Shown here: positions 26,430-36,501 of the stretch, in pieces
Layout of the letters: every line of letters begins with the position of its first letter
Numbering within the stretch: the stretch's first letter is position 1
Source: Candidatus Obscuribacteraceae bacterium
GTDB taxonomy: Bacteria > Cyanobacteriota > Vampirovibrionia > Obscuribacterales > Obscuribacteraceae
Direction of reading: 5' to 3'
Assembly (NCBI GenBank): GCA_044226015.1
Contig: JBGAHS010000007.1
Coordinates: 480,001 to 544,000 of the forward strand
Length of the DNA: 64,000 nucleotides
Made by a program: the position numbers and the translations under genes
The notes under the pieces: generated by a model
What the model was told of the DNA's origin: nothing
What the model saw: only the letters and a program-made list of their open reading frames with translations
The model's database searches: none

Positions 26430-27953
26430 CTACTGGCTCGTTGCCTCCGCTTCTCTTACTAAATCCATGAATGGCTTAAGGTCGCCGTTCGCATATGACA
26501 CCGATAATAGTGCCCGCCAGATTCTCACTTGGGCTACTGCATCTTGCACCAGTGCATTTTGCAAGATTCGCTGTGCTTCAGCAACTTCAAGAACATTTGA
26601 AAGACCTACCCTATATCTTTCTGTTGCTTTAAGTTCATTCTCTTTTGCTGCAGTTACCAGCGCTGGCGTTTCATCAGCGAGCCTGTGTGCCTTGTTTAGC
26701 AGCACCATAGCTCGTGCATCTTTCTTCAAAATCTTCTGAACGGCGAGGTCATAGTTCGCCTTCTCATCGGCTTCTGATTGTTGGGCGATACGCTCTTTCG
26801 CTTTAATTTCGTAGTAACTCAGGAATGGAAAGTCTATGCCAAAGCCAGCGATGTAGTTTGCGTTTTGTGGCAGTATTCCTGCCGCAACAGGGGTGGAATC
26901 TACTCTTGAGCCACTGCCGCGCGCCCAGATGCCAGAGTGAAACCACAATCGCGGTCTATACATCTTCTGAACCTGTATCACCTGCGAATGTGCAGTCGAG
27001 ACGATTGCCGCATGATGCATTACAAACGGGTGGTCTTCAGGAGGTTTGCGTGCATTTACATCGCGCTTTGGCGAACGTATCCACGGGGCACCATCGACGG
27101 TGACTATCTTGCCCGCTATGCCCATCGCCTCTGCGAGGTCGACAACAGCAAGTTCCTCTGCGCTTTCTGCATCAATTAATGCCATCTTTGCTGCTGCCAG
27201 GTCGGCATCTGCTCTTGATGCATCTACACCCGGTCGCAAGCCTTTATCAACTAGCGTGTGAACGATCAAGTCGTAAGCTTTCATTCGGTCAACAATGGCT
27301 TGCTGAGCCCTTATCACTTCTCGTGTTTCAACAACTGTAAGAAAGGAATCGGCAGCGGTGCTGGCTACATCTAAGGCCATCAACTTCATACCGGCGTTAG
27401 ATTGAGCGACCATCGAGCGTGCCACCATTACTCGCGAATGGCGCTGCCCCCAGTCATAGATAAGCCAGGAGAAGTTGACACCGAAATCGTTTGAGAAAAT
27501 GCTTTTGAAAGTGGAAGTGTTATTCGCTGGACCAGTTTGAGTTGGAATAACATTAAGTGGCTGCGGAAAAATGGTTCCAGCAATGTTGTTGGTCGTCGAG
27601 CGCATCTCCTGCGCTAACACATCGAAAGTCGGTAGATAAGCGGTTTTCGCAAGTGTGACTTCGTTGCTGCTTCGATTGATCTTCGCTTGCGCTGCACGCA
27701 ACGTCGGGAAGTTGCGAATGGCTGTATCAACCGATGCACTCAGCTTATACACCGGCTTTGGTGGCTCACGCAAAATCGGAGCTTCGACGCTCAATGGTGA
27801 ATCTGTTGCTGCAAAAACCTGCTGCTGGCAAAAGGCTAGCCAGAGCCAGAGCAAAGAAAGCAGAAGTCCACGTATGTTGGTTGCCATTAGTAAGATGCTG
27901 AATGCAGTACGAGCGAACGAGCAATGCCGGTTCGTCAGGAAATCCTGAAGCAT
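26430..27953 (-). CDS. TolC-family outer membrane efflux protein
   Basis: Two OEP repeats, YLPT, RYRVGLSNVLEV; coupled to the RND gene. Confidence 0.9.
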   Translation of the reverse strand: MLQDFLTNRHCSFARTAFSILLMATNIRGLLLSLLWLWLAFCQQQVFAATDSPLSVEAPILREPPKPVYKLSASVDTAIRNFPTLRAAQAKINRSSNEVTLAKTAYLPTFDVLAQEMRSTTNNIAGTIFPQPLNVIPTQTGPANNTSTFKSIFSNDFGVNFSWLIYDWGQRHSRVMVARSMVAQSNAGMKLMALDVASTAADSFLTVVETREVIRAQQAIVDRMKAYDLIVHTLVDKGLRPGVDASRADADLAAAKMALIDAESAEELAVVDLAEAMGIAGKIVTVDGAPWIRSPKRDVNARKPPEDHPFVMHHAAIVSTAHSQVIQVQKMYRPRLWFHSGIWARGSGSRVDSTPVAAGILPQNANYIAGFGIDFPFLSYYEIKAKERIAQQSEADEKANYDLAVQKILKKDARAMVLLNKAHRLADETPALVTAAKENELKATERYRVGLSNVLEVAEAQRILQNALVQDAVAQVRIWRALLSVSYANGDLKPFMDLVREAEATSQ

Positions 27954-28053
27954 TCAGATTATCATATTAAAGTTAGCGATTCCTGACAGGATGCCAATCT
28001 GCAAGGTCTTTTAACGGAATTTGATCTGAAGTGTTCTTGACTAGGGAATCAAG

Positions 28054-29244
28054 TTAGCTGAACTTCGATTTCAATCTGAGAAACGGCTGTTCGATGACGT
28101 AATAGGACAAAGCTGACGCCGCAAATATTGCGGCGAATTCAGCCAGCTCGGCTGGACCAGGGTGCCTGGCGACGAATGCCGCGAAGCATAAAAAGAATGC
28201 ACCATGTACCAGAGTGTGCCAAAGATAGATGCTGTAAGAGAGTCGCCCAACGGCAACCGCCAGCGGGTTCGACAAAAACTTCGCAATGAGCCCATATGGG
28301 GCCGTGAGTATTGAGCATATGCTCAAACAAATTAAGCTCAGGCTAGCAGGCATTTTAACTGCCCAGAAAAATAACTGCCCTGACTTGCCGCCATCTTGAG
28401 GATGTCCCAAATAGATGAATGATATTGCAGTAAGAGTGAACAAGACAATTTGGGCGAATGTTGAGCCCAAGATCTTGCGAGTTTTTTCGCGGAAGTCTTC
28501 GTTAACGAATAAAAGCGCGAGCAGTACGCCTAGCATTATGGTATCAAGTTTGGTATCGAAGCCTGCCGTCAATCTCAGCCATGGTGCCCCTGAATTAACC
28601 AGGTAGATTCGCCAGAAGTAGACTGTTGCGATGATTACTGTTACTGCTTTTGCCGCGTGTTGCTTTAGATATTTCAAGCTCGCCGGCCAGAGCAAATAAA
28701 ACTGTTCTTCCATTGCTAGCGACCACAAATGATTCAGCCCTATGTTTAGTGGTATCACCCCCCAATCAAAAGCCATATTCAAGTTCGTCAGATAGAGCGC
28801 CGCATAGACATACGGTGCTGCATGATGATTGCCTGTGAAGCATTGGAATGCTAGCGCGACGACCAAGAAAGTGTAGTAAGCAGGTGCGATTCTCAAGGAT
28901 CGACGTATGTAGAATTTCTTCAAGCTGAAGGAGCCATCGGCACTTTGAGTTGACTCTTTCAGCAATATTGACGTGATGAGATAGCCGCTTATGACGAAGA
29001 AAACGTCGACGCCGACCCAACCATTGAAGAATTTTCCGATTTGCGCGCTAACCGGGCCAATGCTGTGAAAACCAAGAACGAGCAATATCGAAATTGCTCT
29101 GAGACCATCGAGCGCTGGCAGGTAGCTGATTGCTTGTTTCGCACTGTGAGCTGACTGCGAAGCTGCTTTTCGCGCAACTGCGACCGACGAAGTTTTTGCT
29201 TCGAATGCATTCTCTTCTTCGATTATGGTGCTATGGTTGCTCAA
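28054..29244 (-). CDS. acyltransferase family 3 (OafA/YrhL-like O-acetyltransferase)
   Basis: LDGLRAI...H, GVDVFFVISGYLIT, RRSLRI.P, HLWSLAMEEQFY, SYSIYLWH, IEQPF. Confidence 0.95.
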   Translation of the reverse strand: MSNHSTIIEEENAFEAKTSSVAVARKAASQSAHSAKQAISYLPALDGLRAISILLVLGFHSIGPVSAQIGKFFNGWVGVDVFFVISGYLITSILLKESTQSADGSFSLKKFYIRRSLRIAPAYYTFLVVALAFQCFTGNHHAAPYVYAALYLTNLNMAFDWGVIPLNIGLNHLWSLAMEEQFYLLWPASLKYLKQHAAKAVTVIIATVYFWRIYLVNSGAPWLRLTAGFDTKLDTIMLGVLLALLFVNEDFREKTRKILGSTFAQIVLFTLTAISFIYLGHPQDGGKSGQLFFWAVKMPASLSLICLSICSILTAPYGLIAKFLSNPLAVAVGRLSYSIYLWHTLVHGAFFLCFAAFVARHPGPAELAEFAAIFAASALSYYVIEQPFLRLKSKFS

Positions 29245-29671
29245 TTGCTTCCGTTTGTCAGGCTGTGTAGCGAACGCGAGTGAGAAACCTGTTGCCGGGT
29301 TTCTCCCGCTGCTGTCTTTCGCAGTTCACAAAATGCTGGAAAGTCAGACTGTAGAATCTTAGAGCCAATTTGCCAAGAGTTCATTAGGAGGATCTTACGC
29401 CGGTCGTACACACCCGAAGAAACAGTTAAAGTCTTACTCACGGGCGGAAACCTGTTCGAGATAGGTTTCTTAGGGTGCGCAATAGGACGTTTGCGCATTA
29501 AATTGAACTAAGTCACACTTGCAAAGATAAGGCGGTTGCTTGCGGATGCTGGGTTGGTCTCCCAAACTTCTCTCTGCTTGCTGATGCTGCAGTCGGGATC
29601 GGGTGCTGCGAGACTCAGGCTACGATGTCGGCGGACCGGGGAGCGGCGCAGTTACAGACATCCGGGGCGAT

Positions 29672-29751
29672 CGGGGCTCGGGAGGGGCGCACGGGGCTCG
29701 GGAGGGGCGCACGGGGCTCGGGAGGGGCGCACGGGGCTCGGGAGGGGTGCA
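29672..29751. repeat. 20-bp GC-rich tandem repeat x4
   Basis: cggggctcgggaggggcgca at 29672, 29692, 29712, 29732; related gtta.agacat.cggg.cgat segments flank the array. Confidence 0.9.
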
Positions 29752-29807
29752 GTTAAAGACATTCGGGTCGATCGGGGCTCGTGAGGGACGCCAGGACGGC
29801 GCGCCAG

Positions 29808-29911
29808 CACGGACCTCCAGTACGGACCTCCAGTACGGACCTCCAGCACGGACCTCCAGCACGGACCTCCAGTACGGACCTCCAGCACGGACCTCCAGCA
29901 CGGACCTCCAG
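29808..29911. repeat. 13-bp tandem repeat x8
   Basis: (C/T)ACGGACCTCCAG, eight consecutive units. Confidence 0.95.
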
Positions 29912-30072
29912 TGCCTTGTGACTTACTTCAAAAGGAAACTCGTCAGAAAGAGTCCACAATGTAGTGCAGGGGTGTCTTTTGAGGTTATTTAAGCATCGAA
30001 CTGGGTATGAAAACTGTGTCCGCATTAGCTTGCGGTCGCAGTCGCGAAATCGTTCAATTTCAGGAGTCGATT

Positions 30073-31080
30073 ATGGCACAGCCAGCTGATAAGCCCGATG
30101 AGCAACCAAAAGAGAAATCACTGGGTGGACCATTTGACCCGCCGGGGCAGAAGGTTGATGTGATAGGCGATTTCGTGCAGCAGTTGAATTCTGCCAGCCC
30201 AGACTGCAAAGCCTTGTATAAGTCCAACAAGACTGCTCAAGATATCACAGCATTACAATTTGATTCCTGCTACTACGGTCAAACTAACAAAGCTGGACGA
30301 TCACTCGAACTCACGGCACCTGTTATGAAGCCTGGTGCTGATGGGACGCCACGCCCCGAGCCGGAAAAACTCACAACTGAGGGGCTGACGAAAGACAGCC
30401 GAAGACTTGATGTATATGTACATGCACTGCCTGCGGTGCGTCCTGTGTCATTTGCTATGCCTGATGGTAAGACGGTGGCTGGCACCGCTGCGATGATCAC
30501 ACAAGATGGATTGATGGTCACAAACAAGCATGTAACCGACGGCTCCAACGGTACGTTGCAAGTGAAAATGTTGCGCCCTGATGGCACAGAAGAGCTGCGC
30601 AATGCCAGAGTCGTCAAGGAAAACCCTGGGCAAGACCTTGCACTTTTGCAAGTAGATCGAGCTGTTGGTGAAACTTTCGCTGCGCTGCCTCTAAGTAAGT
30701 CTACTTCATGGCGAAAAGATGAGCCGCTCGTCGAGATGGGGAACGCGAACGGCGAAGGCAAAATCAGCATGGCGAAAGCCACTTACGGACGAATGTTAAA
30801 CCAGAGCGATATCAATTTTAAAGACCCACCTGCTGATGTGCTCCCCGGAAGAACAGTTTTCCAACTTGGTGCGACTGTACCGCATGGTTATTCGGGTGGT
30901 GTTCTGTTGAGTCTGCCTGGCTCTGATAAGGATAGTAATGGTGTGGTGCATAGAAACGGCACTTCTGCAATACGCGGAGTGACTGTTTACAGCGACCTGG
31001 ACCACAAGTCTTACATCATTCCTGCAGCCCGCGTTCAGTTTATGCTTGACCAGTACCTAAAAGAGAGAGACAAGAAGTAG
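30073..31080 (+). CDS. trypsin-like serine protease
   Basis: Triad motifs TNKHV (His), QDLALL (Asp), GYSGG (Ser); AGGAG RBS before ATG 30073; no signal peptide. Confidence 0.85.
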   Translation: MAQPADKPDEQPKEKSLGGPFDPPGQKVDVIGDFVQQLNSASPDCKALYKSNKTAQDITALQFDSCYYGQTNKAGRSLELTAPVMKPGADGTPRPEPEKLTTEGLTKDSRRLDVYVHALPAVRPVSFAMPDGKTVAGTAAMITQDGLMVTNKHVTDGSNGTLQVKMLRPDGTEELRNARVVKENPGQDLALLQVDRAVGETFAALPLSKSTSWRKDEPLVEMGNANGEGKISMAKATYGRMLNQSDINFKDPPADVLPGRTVFQLGATVPHGYSGGVLLSLPGSDKDSNGVVHRNGTSAIRGVTVYSDLDHKSYIIPAARVQFMLDQYLKERDKK

Positions 31081-32420
31081 TGCTAAGTTCAGGTGCTAGA
31101 GGAATTCTTTCACTTGTTCTAATTTCTTTCCTCGCTTATTGTCCAGCTTTTGCTGAGGAAAAAAAATTGAGTGAATCTGAGCAAGCAGAGTCTCTAATTG
31201 AACTGGCAAAACAATTTCGAGAAAAGAGTGGTTCTGTAGGTTTGTTGCAGGAATATTCGCTTGCAGAGCTGATAAAAGGTAAGCTCTCTGACGACGCTGA
31301 CCCGACGGGGTTCTGGCAAGACTTTGCAAATCGTGCATGTTTTTGGGGCGATATAAAAGGATGCGAATTCGCTTATGACCAGGTTAGCCACCGCAGCTGG
31401 TGCCCTCCTGGTCCGTTGTTAGACTGCGAATTGTCAAAATACCGTTCAGCCGATGCAATTGACTTCATCGTTCGAAACGCTGATTCTCACAATGTCATTA
31501 TGATTGGCGAAGAACACATGATGCCACAATCGCGATGCTTGATGCTGCCGATATTGCGTGAATTGAAGAAAAAGGGCTACGAATACTTTGCTGCCGAAAC
31601 CTTCTCTGATGAAATTTCAGTTTCAGCAGAGAGCAAGTACGTAAAGAGACATGCTGGCTATTACACTGAAGACCCTGTATTTGCCGAAGCAGTGAATGAG
31701 GCATTGAAGCTTGGCTACAAATTGGTCTCCTATGAATGTGTGACATTGCCTGAGGACTCTGAGAAAATGAGCCCTACGCAGAAGACCAATTATCGAGAAA
31801 AACAGCAAGCTTCTCGGCTTTTCGCTAAGACGCTTGAAAAGAATGCAGCAGCGAAAGTTCTTGTTTGGGCGGGTCGAGGGCACGTGTACACGGAGATTCC
31901 TGAGTTCACAAAGAAGAGCGATGATCAATGGTGCCCAATGGGTTATTGCTTCTCGCAGCTTGCTGGCTCCAAGCCACTATCGCTGATTTTGCGAGAATTT
32001 TCTATGCTTAGCGCGGAAAAGGAGAGTGCGGAATACCGTTATGCTGAGGACCGTGGGGTGATCAAAACTCCGACTGTCTTTGTTCATGACGAAAATGTGT
32101 TTTCCGATAGTGGCGCCGCCACAGTGTTTTTTCCGCAAAGCAAGTTCTCTCGGGGACGAGCCGATTGGCTAAACACAATTGTCGGACGCTGCTCTGTGCC
32201 AATTCCGAATGAACGATTGCAAAATAAATTTGTACAGCTTGTTAGTGTTTATGAGACTGGGCGAGCTGACGATGCTGTGCCGATTGATTGCTTTGTGCTG
32301 CAAGACGGTATGCCACCGCCAGTGATGATGCTTCCACGCAACGGTAAGTTCACTGTGAAAATGACTAACAACCGCGATGTTCCAATGAGTGAATTCGAAG
32401 TCAGCACAGTTGGCTTGTAG
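31080..32420 (+). CDS. secreted hypothetical protein (possible ChaN/EreA-like fold segment)
   Basis: Signal peptide; MIGEEH, GYEYFAAET, REKQQA..L, VWAGRGH motifs; GTG start overlaps the protease stop. Confidence 0.65.
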   Translation: MLSSGARGILSLVLISFLAYCPAFAEEKKLSESEQAESLIELAKQFREKSGSVGLLQEYSLAELIKGKLSDDADPTGFWQDFANRACFWGDIKGCEFAYDQVSHRSWCPPGPLLDCELSKYRSADAIDFIVRNADSHNVIMIGEEHMMPQSRCLMLPILRELKKKGYEYFAAETFSDEISVSAESKYVKRHAGYYTEDPVFAEAVNEALKLGYKLVSYECVTLPEDSEKMSPTQKTNYREKQQASRLFAKTLEKNAAAKVLVWAGRGHVYTEIPEFTKKSDDQWCPMGYCFSQLAGSKPLSLILREFSMLSAEKESAEYRYAEDRGVIKTPTVFVHDENVFSDSGAATVFFPQSKFSRGRADWLNTIVGRCSVPIPNERLQNKFVQLVSVYETGRADDAVPIDCFVLQDGMPPPVMMLPRNGKFTVKMTNNRDVPMSEFEVSTVGL

Positions 32421-32788
32421 GTGAGTTATCTCATTTTTGAATTTGCTTCTTTGGATTGATACTTAAGCAAAGAACTAATACTTCCACATTGCAATCCCGA
32501 TTTCTCAAATTCCTGTTTTGCAAATTCCCGTTTCGCAAATTCCCGTTTCGCACGTTCGCAGTTTTCAAAATCAGGTTTATTGAGTTGGCTCCTTTCAACG
32601 TTATTCACTTGCGCGCTGGAGAAGTCACCGAGTGAAGCCTGGGCTCAACTTCCGCTCTGCTTGATTCGTCGATCTACGAGGCTTGTTGACATCTCACCTC
32701 TTGATTTCTGCTAAGCATTTCTTCAAACAAGGACTGGGATTTCGCGGCTATCTCGTTACCTGTGCTATCCTGTTCAGACTCAAGTTAC

Positions 32789-32868
32789 GGGCGAGTGGCG
32801 GAATTGGCAGACGCGCTAGACTTAGGATCTAGTGGGCAACCGTAAGAGTTCAAGTCTCTTCTCGCCCA
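32789..32868 (+). tRNA. trnL: tRNA-Leu (anticodon TAG), CCA not encoded
   Basis: Acceptor GGGCGAG/CTCGCCC, D-arm GCGGAATTGGCAGACGC, anticodon arm CTAGA-CT-TAG-GA-TCTAG, variable arm, T-loop GTTCAAGTC. Confidence 0.96.
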
Positions 32869-32879
32869 AACTTTTGTTG

Positions 32880-32910
32880 AATCCGGCGAAAGCCGGATTT
32901 TTCTTTTTGT
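32880..32910 (+). terminator. intrinsic terminator after the tRNA
   Basis: aatccggc-GAAA-gccggatt followed by a T-rich run. Confidence 0.85.
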
Positions 32911-33015
32911 GTATTTTGCTGTTAGCGGACTAAATAGAATTCGTAAAAAGAACTCAGCTCGGCGCAAGATTGTATATCGGGGTGAGTTTGCTGGTTGCGC
33001 AAAACTTCCAAGTCA

Positions 33016-33445
33016 TTAATGAAGTTTGGTGCCGCGTTTGAATAATTCAAAACAGCTTCGTAATTTAGGTTGGAGAATATCGAACGACCTGCTATCTAGT
33101 TTTTCGTATTTACGTTGTATTGCCCAGCAACAGTAATCAGCAATCTGCAAACAGGGGTGTGATGCTGCAGTCCAGCAGGCGGTGGTGTTGCTATTTGAGT
33201 GTTGGTCCACTACATCACACACGGCTTTTTCAAAAGCCTTTAGTTTCTTTTTCGTGCCAAGCGTGCTCGCAACTACGTGTACATCCTTCTGCCTCTGCAA
33301 ATGTTTTTTTTGACATCCAGCCAAACAGAGAATGCCATGCCAATGAATAGAAATAATTCTCGTCAGCAGTGATTCGCGGCTCTGCTTTGCGTTTTTCCAG
33401 CACAACACTGTGGATGCCTGCTTCGTCCGCAAATATATAAGCCAT
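33016..33445 (-). pseudogene. DUF3800-family gene remnant (frameshifted, internally deleted)
   Basis: N-terminal MAYIFADEAG in one frame, C-terminal CLQIADYCCWAIQR in another; total length is short for the family. Confidence 0.75.
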
Positions 33446-33458
33446 GCCAATTCTGCCA

Positions 33459-33522
33459 AAAAAAAGTGGACCGACTAGCCTTCTCAGGGGCAGAGCCCAG
33501 GGGCTCTTTCATCGGTCCATAA
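33459..33522 (-). ncRNA. candidate structured RNA upstream of the DUF3800 remnant
   Basis: Closing stem tggaccga/tcggtcca encloses internal hairpins (agagcc/ggctct; gcc/ggc); T8 run follows on the minus strand. Confidence 0.45.
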
Positions 33523-33651
33523 CTTACCTTTAAAATACCACACAAAAGCCACTTTCCATAGGGGCACGAAGTTAACAAATTGAACTATCGTCACTGGGCG
33601 CAAGTCTATGAGAAACTGTATGCGACTGTAATCCAAGACATCGATATCGCG

Positions 33652-34053
33652 CTACGTTACCTTCAACCGCTGCAGAAGCGAGACGAAAATTCACTTGACC
33701 AAACTGCTACAGCCTGAGGGTCTTTGATGAATGGAAGGATGTCTTTCTTGGCGAGCTCTATGTCGAGGTTCGAAAACTTTTCTTCGAGCAAGTTCAATAG
33801 ATCTTCTCGTGTCATGCAATTCAAAATTACGTTGTGGCTCAAGCAGCGAGAAGTCTATGTTTTCAGAGAAGCGGTCTAGTCCGTAGAGAATTCGCAATGC
33901 GGTGCCACCATAGAATGACGCATGCTCGAAAAACTTCGCGCGCCATAAGCCGAGAAGAGCAATTTCCTGAATTATCTCCTTGAGCGCATTCTCGTAATCT
34001 TGACGGGGCTGGCACTGAACCTTGTTCAGCCTTGATTGAATTGCAAGATTCAA
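33652..34053 (-). pseudogene. AbiEii-type nucleotidyltransferase toxin remnant
   Basis: ALKEIIQEIAL, FYGGTALRILYGLDRFSENIDF (D-to-N against RFSEDLDF); central deletion, with the C-terminal ELAKKDILPFIKDP..VWS piece in another frame. Confidence 0.8.
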
Positions 34054-34590
34054 ATTGCCTCCATTAGTGCCATCACGCTGCTGCTTTTATAATGCTTGTT
34101 TAACAGAAATAACTTTTTTAGATCAAATCGTTGCCAGCTTTCTGGTTCTATTCGAAGCTCGAATTCGAGGAAGTTCTTGGCTTTCGAACTTGTCGTCAAA
34201 GAAACATTTAAGATAATGTAGTCGCAAAGCGCTTTCTCTGGTGAAGCTATAAGAATTGGATGCTGTGAATCTAGCCAGCATTGTTCTATCTCATGCGGAT
34301 ACTTCGATGCGGCTAAATGTTTGTACGTGAAAAGTCCAATGGGTGTGTTGAATTCTTTGTTTTTCTTTGGAGTCACACTTGTGACTATTTCTACTCGTTC
34401 GGGAATCAGTCCGTGATATGCCAGTGCGTATTCCATCGAGATGCAAGACGGTCCGTAGATAAGGTTTGCCAGACTTTCTTTCCAAATCGGGTTTTGCCTT
34501 GTTTTAGTACCAAATACGTAAAGACCTTTCTTGACTCGAACAATAGTTACCGACTAGATTCAATAGTTCATGTATCTTCTGTTGAACAGC
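34050..34590 (-). pseudogene. AbiEi-type antitoxin remnant (5' truncated, frameshifted)
   Basis: IVRVKKGLY...LANLIYGPSCISMEYALAYHGLIPE...IASPEKALCD; upstream KIHELL piece is in another frame, no intact start. Confidence 0.8.
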
Positions 34591-34633
34591 TTTGTACGTG
34601 CATCTTCCGCTTGTTATCTTTTGAATTTTTTTT

Positions 34634-35470
34634 CTATTCTTTGAGCATGCCTATTTGCCTCAGCCCATCCTTAACCCAAGGAAGGTCGCGAGGACTGTGC
34701 TTTTCAAAAGCTTTTATTACTGCTGCTCCCCAATCGTTATCTCCTGCAGCTTTCTTGATTCCTTCTGCTGCTCTGAAAACCATTGCTGTTTCTGGATCTC
34801 GTCCCATAAAAGACAGTATTTTTAGAGAACCATCTGAATTGACAAATTCTTGTCCAAGTTCGAAATTTAAATCTGGCTCATACCAAAGACCTGGGCTATG
34901 CTGTCCTGGTACATATCCGTGGGTTAGTTCGTGGTCGATGACTTCGTGCTCGCGTCCGGCGAGTAAGTTCCTTGGTTCTCTCTCAAACCAGGCGCTCCAC
35001 ACTGAGCGTTCCGGTTCGTGAAGTTCTAGTTCGCCCAGCTTCCCTGAAGCAGCAGCATTTTTTAATTCATTGAGATAAGCTACATCGATTGAACCATTAT
35101 CCCTTACTAGTTCGCGCAGTTTTCCCGGCGTAGTAGCATTTTTTTCTACATTGGTAATAGCTAGATCGACTAAGCCATTATCCACTGATGATGTCGTCGC
35201 ACGTCGCAAGAGTCCAGCTCCGCCAGCAACAGCCAAAGCGGCTGCGGTTATGGCAACGGTCGTTTTATTTTCGGACACCCATTTGTATGCCTCGGTAAAA
35301 AGTTTTTGTGCACCAGTCTCTTCGTCCTTTCCGCCGAGTAAGCTCTCGTTCTTGTGAATTTTTAGCTCCGATTCCGGTTCAAGCTTAGCTTTGTTAACGC
35401 CAATTTCTTCCGCGTTATTTGTGCCAATATTTCGCTCGCCCATTGCATTCTCCAAACTTGCTTGACTCAA
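34634..35470 (-). CDS. hypothetical protein with a TM/Ala-Gly segment and an HExxH motif
   Basis: 278 aa; AITAAALAVAGGAGLL hydrophobic stretch; DHELTHG. Confidence 0.7.
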   Translation of the reverse strand: MSQASLENAMGERNIGTNNAEEIGVNKAKLEPESELKIHKNESLLGGKDEETGAQKLFTEAYKWVSENKTTVAITAAALAVAGGAGLLRRATTSSVDNGLVDLAITNVEKNATTPGKLRELVRDNGSIDVAYLNELKNAAASGKLGELELHEPERSVWSAWFEREPRNLLAGREHEVIDHELTHGYVPGQHSPGLWYEPDLNFELGQEFVNSDGSLKILSFMGRDPETAMVFRAAEGIKKAAGDNDWGAAVIKAFEKHSPRDLPWVKDGLRQIGMLKE

Positions 35471-36021
35471 TAAGATTATGTAGAGCCCTGTGAATAGTCC
35501 GTGAACTGTAGCATGATGAATTATGCGGATTAGCTTCTTATTTCCACAGTCGAAGACCCTAACTCAAACTACTCATTCTTGGCTATTCCGCTTGAGAAAC
35601 CTTGTTTGAATGTTTGAATGGGACCTTGTTCTGCCGATGATGCTTTTCGTGTGGGTGTACTTAAATGAGGACGGATTCGAGAAATACAACGCAGCAATCG
35701 TGACCGCCATAGAAAGCTTGCAAACTTGCTGATAGGATCAATCGAGCCGATGTGATGAACGCAATCTCGACTCAATTTAAGGAACTAGAGAAGGAATGAC
35801 CTATCCAAGCTTGACTGAACGAGCGGATTACTACGATCTCTAAAAATGTGCCGAACAAGGGGCGGAGTAAATTTGTGGGACTGCACCTTGGCGCAGATTG
35901 TATCGAAAAGAAAATTCTACCCGACGAATACTCGCGAATTTGTGAAGCGTGGAATCAAACGCTCCATAATTTGCATCTAGCACTAATGAATGCAAGTATT
36001 TAACTTACTCAAAATGAAGGT

Positions 36022-36460
36022 CTAAGTCTTTGAATTTTGCTCCATATATGAAACAAGAGATTGATGCCATTCTGTCCAGTACTTGGCGCACAATCGCGGA
36101 AACAAGTTTCTCCATTCGCAGTATCTGAACTTTAGCGAGTCACCCCAATCAATGGTGGTAGGGGCTGGCAGCCACAGCGGATAGTTTCGGTTATTGAATA
36201 CCCCATTGCTCAGATTTAGTAGCTCTGAGCAATGTTGAATGTCATCAATCTCAGCCAAAGAATCTGCATCAATGAGAAATTTGCCAAAGAGCTCCTCTCC
36301 GTGAAGAATCAATCCTTGTCGCCAAGTTTCGAAAGACATTGATGATACCTCTCTGCTAATGATTGCAAAAGCGTCCTGTAAATCTTGTGTTTCCGCAGCT
36401 TTAATAATGTCGAGGAGGGCCGCCCATTCTTTCCACCAATCTATTGCTTCGAATGAAAGC
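36022..36460 (-). pseudogene. 5'-truncated gene fragment, unknown function
   Basis: ORF 36022..36339 stays open upstream (EAIDWWKEWAALLDII...) to an in-frame stop near 36461 without an obvious start. Confidence 0.4.
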
Positions 36461-36501
36461 TATAATTGTTATTGAAATTTGGAAGCACTAGGGAGCACCT
36501 G

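Noticed and set aside
29536..30025. Several overlapping ORFs across the GC-rich arrays
   Set aside because: Open in many frames only because the repeats lack stops; 20- and 13-bp units do not preserve frame
32426..32608. 60-aa ORF with REFAK repeats
   Set aside because: Produced by three 15-bp tandem repeats (32506-32550); no other support for coding
34317..35021. 234-aa plus-strand ORF
   Set aside because: Antisense to the abiEi remnant and the HExxH gene; composition is not protein-like
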